The position numbers were made by a program, and so were the translations under genes. Below are positions 58,776 to 64,000 of a DNA stretch of 64,000 bases, in pieces (position 1 is the stretch's first letter; the number at the start of each line of letters is the position of its first letter). The notes under the pieces were generated by a model. It saw only the letters and a list, made by a program, of their open reading frames with translations. It was not told the DNA's origin and made no database searches. This DNA comes from Selaginella moellendorffii (Eukaryota; Plantae; Lycopodiophyta): contig NW_003314262.1 in NCBI RefSeq assembly GCF_000143415.4, forward strand, positions 5,676,304 through 5,740,303. The letters are read 5' to 3'.

Positions 58776-60761
58776 ATGGCGATGGCGCTAGGGCTTGGCT
58801 TCTCGTCGCCTCCGGCTGTGCGAGGCCATGGCAGCCTGCTGCTCGATCGATCGGGCTCGGTGTCTGCGCATAGGAGGGGCCGGCGATTCATCGTTCGCGC
58901 GATCAACGAAGACGAAGCGCGAATCCTTTCCATGCGCGGTAAGATCAGCTCACATTCTTGTCCTAGAGCAGTGTTGTTTCGTTTTTCGCTAGCGCGAAAT
59001 CTCCCGCTGTGCTCTTGCTCTTTGTTCGCGCTACGTTGTTCCTGACCCGCGCAAATGTGCTCCTAGATAAATCGTCCAGTACACTTGCGAAGCGATTTCT
59101 TGCCTGGGGCCGCGATGTTCATCAGCAAGCATCCCAGCAAATGCAAAAGTTCTTTCATGGTATTGCTAAGTTTTTCTTTCTCGTTTCGTGATTCGTGCTG
59201 TTCTATCAAGTTCCTTGCTGCATAGCATAGTTAGTATTCAATTCCCTGCTTTCGTATCGTTCTCCTTGGCATGCTAGCACTTAGGACACTAAGACGAACT
59301 AAGGTATCAACTTTCATGCAGCTTTATGAACTCGCAGAGCTTGCAGATGGGAGCCTCTTGATCTCGTTTGGAGCGCCAGCAGCAGCACGATCTTCCGCCA
59401 AGGCTCAGGACGCCGCCAAAGCTCAGACGCTACCACCACGCCCGCCATCACGGTACTCAAAAGAGTTTTCTTACATTACCAAAAGAACAAAGAAGTACAC
59501 AGGGACTGAGCTTGCCTTGGTGGTTCCCAGCAGTGTTGAGAAAAAGGTGCCGGTCAGAGTGCCATCAACGTTTTCGAAGAAGTCACCGATCTCTCACAGG
59601 CGAAAGAGGCACTCGGAGGTGGCGTCGGACGATTCCGTGCCAGTTTTGGCGTTCAAGGACGTTCAGATTGAAGGAGAAGAAGTGACTGAAGCTGCCAGGA
59701 GTAAGCTATTCAGGCCGAAGACCACCTTTGCTCGCAAGTCACCAATTCCAGACGCAAAGAAAAGTACCACTGTCAGCGGGAAAGGAAAATCAAAACTTCC
59801 GGCCGTCCAGCAGGTTTCGGACACGACTACTACGGAGTCAAAAGCCGGGGAACCTCAAACGCCGAGGCTTTCCAGGCCAGCAACTACTTTCATTCGCAAG
59901 TCGCCCATTACGTTTGGCAAAGGTCGAAGGAAATCACGGTCCTCGCATGTTGGAGCTTCCGAACAATCTTCTAGTTCAGCTGCACTATTTCTCGAAGACA
60001 ATCTGGCGACAACCAAGTCGAAGTCGACTAATGGCACATTGCCTAGGCCGACGTCCGTTTTCACCAGGAAGTCTCCGATCACACCGGGCAAAGGTGGCAA
60101 GAAAAGAAGGTCTTCTAAAACTTCGTCGAACGACTCGGCTGTCAAATCCGAGAAGGGGTCTCCTGTCTCCGACAGCAGAAGTGCAAGTGAGGAACACAAA
60201 TCCAGGCTTCAGTCGAGACCGCATGCTACTTTCGTCCGGAAGTCGCCCATTACTCACGCCAGAAGCGGGAGACGAAAGAGAAAAGCTGCTAAGAAGACCG
60301 AACAGGAGTCAAAGGCGGCCGACGTTTCTGTAGAAGCCATCTCACAGTCGTCCAACGAAACTGTATTACAAACGGAAGACACTAGTGTGGTGACGGAGGT
60401 GATCGTCGAGACTCCAACAGATGCTATCAAAATTATCCTGGGGCAGAAGGAAAGCGTCCTGGTCGAGGCTGTAGGAGTTGCGGACGGTGAGCCAGCTGGT
60501 GTGCTGCTAGAGGCAGAGAAAGCGGATAAAGTTTCAAGCGAGCTCCTCAAGGACGGAAATGATCTCGCAACTCTAGACGGGAACTTGAAAGCTGCCGATA
60601 CAGATATCGAGTTTTCGGACGATGATACTGCTTCTAGTGATGAAACGGACCTGTCTATCCTGACGATCCAAAGGCTTCGCAGCATTGCCAAGTCGCGGGG
60701 CCTCAGAGGCTACAGCAGGTTGAGAAAGGCGGAATTGATTGAGCTACTGAGGAAATCGTAG
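58776..60761 (+). CDS. Plastid-targeted Rho termination factor N-terminal domain protein (RHON1-like), exons 58776-58938 and 59347-60761
   Basis: Transit peptide ending FIVRA, repeated RPxxxFxRKSPI motifs, and a C-terminal Rho_N domain LSILTIQRLRSIAKSRGLRGYSRLRKAELIELL. Confidence 0.82.
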
Positions 60762-61881
60762 GCAGCCAGCGAAGGACTCATAGCAGAGAAACTTTTCTCT
60801 CTCCAAAGGTATGCTTTTTATTCCATTTGAGACACCTACTGGGCGGACAAACTTTTCATAGTTTATTTTCTGTACAGAGAAAATGACGGAGCTTCAATGA
60901 TCATGAATGACTCGCTGTGCACGAGTCGGCGGCTGGCGGCCATAACTGCGTAAGAAATGAAGTTTTCTAGTATTCTTTTTTCTTGCGGGGAGGATGGTGA
61001 CATTTCCGTGTCGTAGAGAAGTACATGGTTCGTCATCCACTGAATTGTTATCAAGAAAAGTTCCGTGTTGAATCGCCCGAATCGCTACTGTCACGACTTC
61101 GTTGGATAAGAGGAGGTAAATCTTGACTGCTGTTACGTTTTTTATTCTTTAAAGCCTTTGTTTACTCTCTTTTCATCTTGAGACGTGTCTAGCATGACTG
61201 GTAACTCGGCCATATCATGCGACTGAGTGATCTCCGCGACTAAGAAATTCGAGAGAATGAGAGAGTTCTTCCAAGAGAACTTGAGGGGAAGGAGAACTTA
61301 AGAAAGTTCTTCCAAGAGAACTTCAGGATGATCTTAAATGAAGGATCACGAAAGTTCTCTGTAGAGTTTGTTCCAGGAAGACGACAAGGAGGTGTTTCCA
61401 AAAGCTCTCGAGAAAGAATCTCTATGACGTTCTCCACGAGCTAAAGATGACAAAGTGATAAATCCCCGTCGCTAATGGAGTGTAAAGAATAGTGACTTGT
61501 GATAAAAAAGAAAGGCTAGATTGTCACATTCAAAAAAATTCCATTACCGGTATACCGGGGAATATGCCCAACATGCTAGAGGAATATCCCCGCCGGCCAT
61601 GCCTTCCTTCCTTTGAGCTCGTCCCGTGATGGGAGGGCTCGCCTGACAAACCTCTCATTTCCACGCACGTTTTTCTCTGGAGATTCCTAGGGTTCCAATC
61701 GATCAACGCGTTCTCTCTCTTTTCTTTTCTCTTTCTTCGCTGGGCGTCGTGCGCGGTCCAATCTTCTTCCTTCTGGAGATTGATCGCATCGAAGAACATC
61801 AGCGAGGAGGAATTTCGCAAGGGATTTCTCGAATTTCTTGCTGCTATCTCTTCCATCCACAGGGGAAATCGATGCGCGTCC

Positions 61882-63113
61882 ATGAATATTAGCTTGCTGG
61901 ACGACAGATCGCGGGTCGTTTGCGGGAGAATCTTGAGCCGGCCCAGGAGCTCTAGCCATCGCTGGCCACAATCGCGTTTCTATGTCTCGGCGGATTGCAT
62001 CGGCAGGGAATTCAAGCGGGGGATAGTGTGGATCGGCCGCGCGGTGTGGAAGAAATCCAAGCTCTCGATCACTGCATGCTGGTCGCCTCGCTCTTTCTCG
62101 AATTCTTCCTCCTCGTCGTCGTCGATTCCATACCATCGGCTAGAGATCTTCCCCCACGCCACTGCTCACGCGCCCAAGCCCTCCCAGCCGTCGGATGATG
62201 TGCACGAATCGTGCGGCCTCAAAGTCGCGTATGGAGAGGACACTGTGGTGGTCAAGGTTGGCATTGTGGGAGACTGCCAAACTGGAAAAACAAGCCTCAT
62301 GGTAAGTTCTCTTCTCAGACGATTTTCTTGTTCTTTTCAGGTGTTTGATACTGTTCTTTCCAGCAAAACTATGTAGTCGGAGATAGAAGCAATGGAGACG
62401 AGAGCATTTTCGGCGTGAATGCGATGGACAAAGTTCTTGACATCCATGTCGCCAAGATCGCGCTCAGCATTTGGGAGCTCGGAGGTAAGCAAGAGATTTG
62501 AAGCTCACTTTCTAGAACTTGGAATTCGATAGATGAAATCTTTCAGGCTACAAGAAGTCGATGGTACCAGCTGTTTGCAATGACGCAGCAGCGATTTTGA
62601 TCCTTTTCGACCTCACTAGACGCACCACTCTCCACAGGTACCTTTGGAACTTAAATCTCTCGAGAGTTTCTCGCAAGTTTGATGATCCAATGTTTTGATT
62701 CTACAGTGTAAAGCAGTGGTTTATGCTTGCCCGACAATGTAACCAGGTAAAGCTTATAAACACTCGCCAGAGATGATCCGGGTAAAACTTTAATTGCTTT
62801 TGCAGGGCGCAATTCCAGTTCTAGTTGGCACCAAGTTCGACCAGTTCATAAAAATGCCAGAAGGCTTGAAGTCTCTCATAACTAAGCAGGTAAAAATCAC
62901 CAAGCTTTTATAGCCGAGATCGATTTTTTTTTGTTTTTTCAATGGTAGGCACGGCTGTACGCTCAAGCAATGGGCGCGCCACTGCTCTTCACCAGCACTC
63001 CTTACAACATCAATGTACATAAGGTTTTCAAGATCGTTCTTGCGAGGATTTTTGACTTGCCTTGTAACATATCCAGAAATCTCACGCCTGGAGAGCCCCT
63101 AGTTGTGTACTAG
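61882..63113 (+). CDS. SGP1: Septum-promoting GTP-binding protein (Spg1/Tem1 family), 6 exons
   Basis: KVGIVGDCQTGKTSLM, GVNAMDK, SIWELGG, VCNDAAAILILFDLT, PVLVGTKFD, YNINVHKVFK..FDLPC..RNLTPGEP. Confidence 0.9.
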
Positions 63114-63326
63114 GTAGCCTCCTGACAAGATTTTGATCCCTATTCAACCATACATTGTTTTATAGTCAATTTTGTTGACCATTCGACTTTAGTCAACGTA
63201 ATTGAGCTTTGTTGATCTTAGTTAGTCTCAGTTTAGAATTAGTAGCACGACCGTCACCATAAATTAAGCTTCTAGTCATTGATGGAGTTGATCTTTGTTA
63301 GTTCGTTCCAAAGTTGTGATTGTCAT

Positions 63327-63411
63327 TTTCGCTGGAAGATAGAATTGGAGCTTCTGCCGCATTTCAACCCTAGAAATGCGGCAGAAGCTCCAATTTTATC
63401 TTCCAGCGAAA
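63327..63411. repeat. 39-bp inverted repeat (1 mismatch) with a 7-nt loop
   Basis: TTTCGCTGGAAGATAGAATTGGAGCTTCTGCCGCATTTC-aacccta-GAAATGCGGCAGAAGCTCCAATTTTATCTTCCAGCGAAA. Confidence 0.92.
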
Positions 63412-63566
63412 GTCACACCACTAATTAACCATTGCCGCCTTCCAAATTTGCGGGCTGGCTCATAAAAGTCAAGTCGAAACATCCAGTGCCAAGTATAAAT
63501 ACTGTGCCACACACACACAATATAACTCAGTGTTCTCTCCACTAACAGCCACTAAGAGTGATAGCA

Positions 63567-63995
63567 ATGGCTTCTAGCACCAAATCTGCGTCGCTGCTTC
63601 TCCTCCTCGCCCTCTTCATCGCGATTCACCACTGCGGCGCCCAGCTCACGGATTGCCCCAGCGACACCAGCCCCAACGTGGTCTACTACAACACCCGGAA
63701 CACCCAGCCGGGCAGCGCCTTCCAGAGAAATCTCTCCAACGTCTACCGCCGGATCATCAATGGCGCCACATTCCGCCAGGGATCGATCTCCTACAACGCC
63801 GGCGTCGACCCAGATCGCGTCTACGGCTTCTCGGCGTGCTTCGGCGGATTCACGGCGCCCGGCGATTGCGTCCAGTGCCTGGTCGACATCAGGGCGAATT
63901 TCGATAGCGTGGCGCCGCTCGCTGTTGGCGCGCGTATGTGCTCCAAGAACGGCGAGAGGACGTGCTACATGCGTTACGAGAACTACAGCTTCTAG
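63567..63995 (+). CDS. Secreted single-domain Gnk2/DUF26 (stress-antifungal) protein
   Basis: Signal peptide, AFQRNL, VYGFSAC-x9-C-x2-C, GAR and CYMRYENYSF; TATAAAT at about 63495 and upstream W-boxes. Confidence 0.92.
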   Translation: MASSTKSASLLLLLALFIAIHHCGAQLTDCPSDTSPNVVYYNTRNTQPGSAFQRNLSNVYRRIINGATFRQGSISYNAGVDPDRVYGFSACFGGFTAPGDCVQCLVDIRANFDSVAPLAVGARMCSKNGERTCYMRYENYSF

Positions 63996-64000
63996 CCTCT

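Noticed and set aside
62460-62485. G3 motif WELGG (D to E) as evidence of a pseudo-GTPase
   Set aside because: As I recall, plant SGP proteins already vary at G2/G3, and G1 and G4 are intact here.

Overview
64 kb of a very compact, intron-rich land-plant nuclear genome. Introns are mostly 50-80 nt, intergenic gaps are often under 250 bp, and there are several intronless PLS/SS-type PPR genes; this fits a lycophyte such as Selaginella best (inferred, not proven). Conserved genes include a CBS-pair protein, an ERD7/senescence-type protein, ASI1, a START protein, proteasome beta-2, thioredoxin h, WDR76, catalase, a GATA factor, an FAD oxidoreductase, a Rho_N protein, an SGP1 GTPase and a Gnk2/DUF26 secreted protein. 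There are also four intact PPR ORFs, tRNA-Arg(CCT) and a divergent U2 snRNA gene. A central unstable region (about 15.7-37.3 kb) holds three clavaminate-synthase-like (TauD-family) dioxygenase genes, duplicated PPR/LEA_2 blocks, chimeric and inverted gene fragments, and nested retroelements. The most unusual features are: a TSD-flanked LTR element whose LTRs carry the 5S rRNA internal promoter (Cassandra-like), plus an older third copy; a decayed Crinkler-like NTPase+nuclease gene whose Walker A is split by a frameshift; a U2 variant with compensatory structural changes; a target-derived inverted repeat of the dioxygenase genes; a secreted unknown-domain/GNA-lectin fusion in an AT-rich island; and a 5-exon 118-aa gene missed by the ORF track. 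All family assignments come from motif recognition only; no database searches were run.
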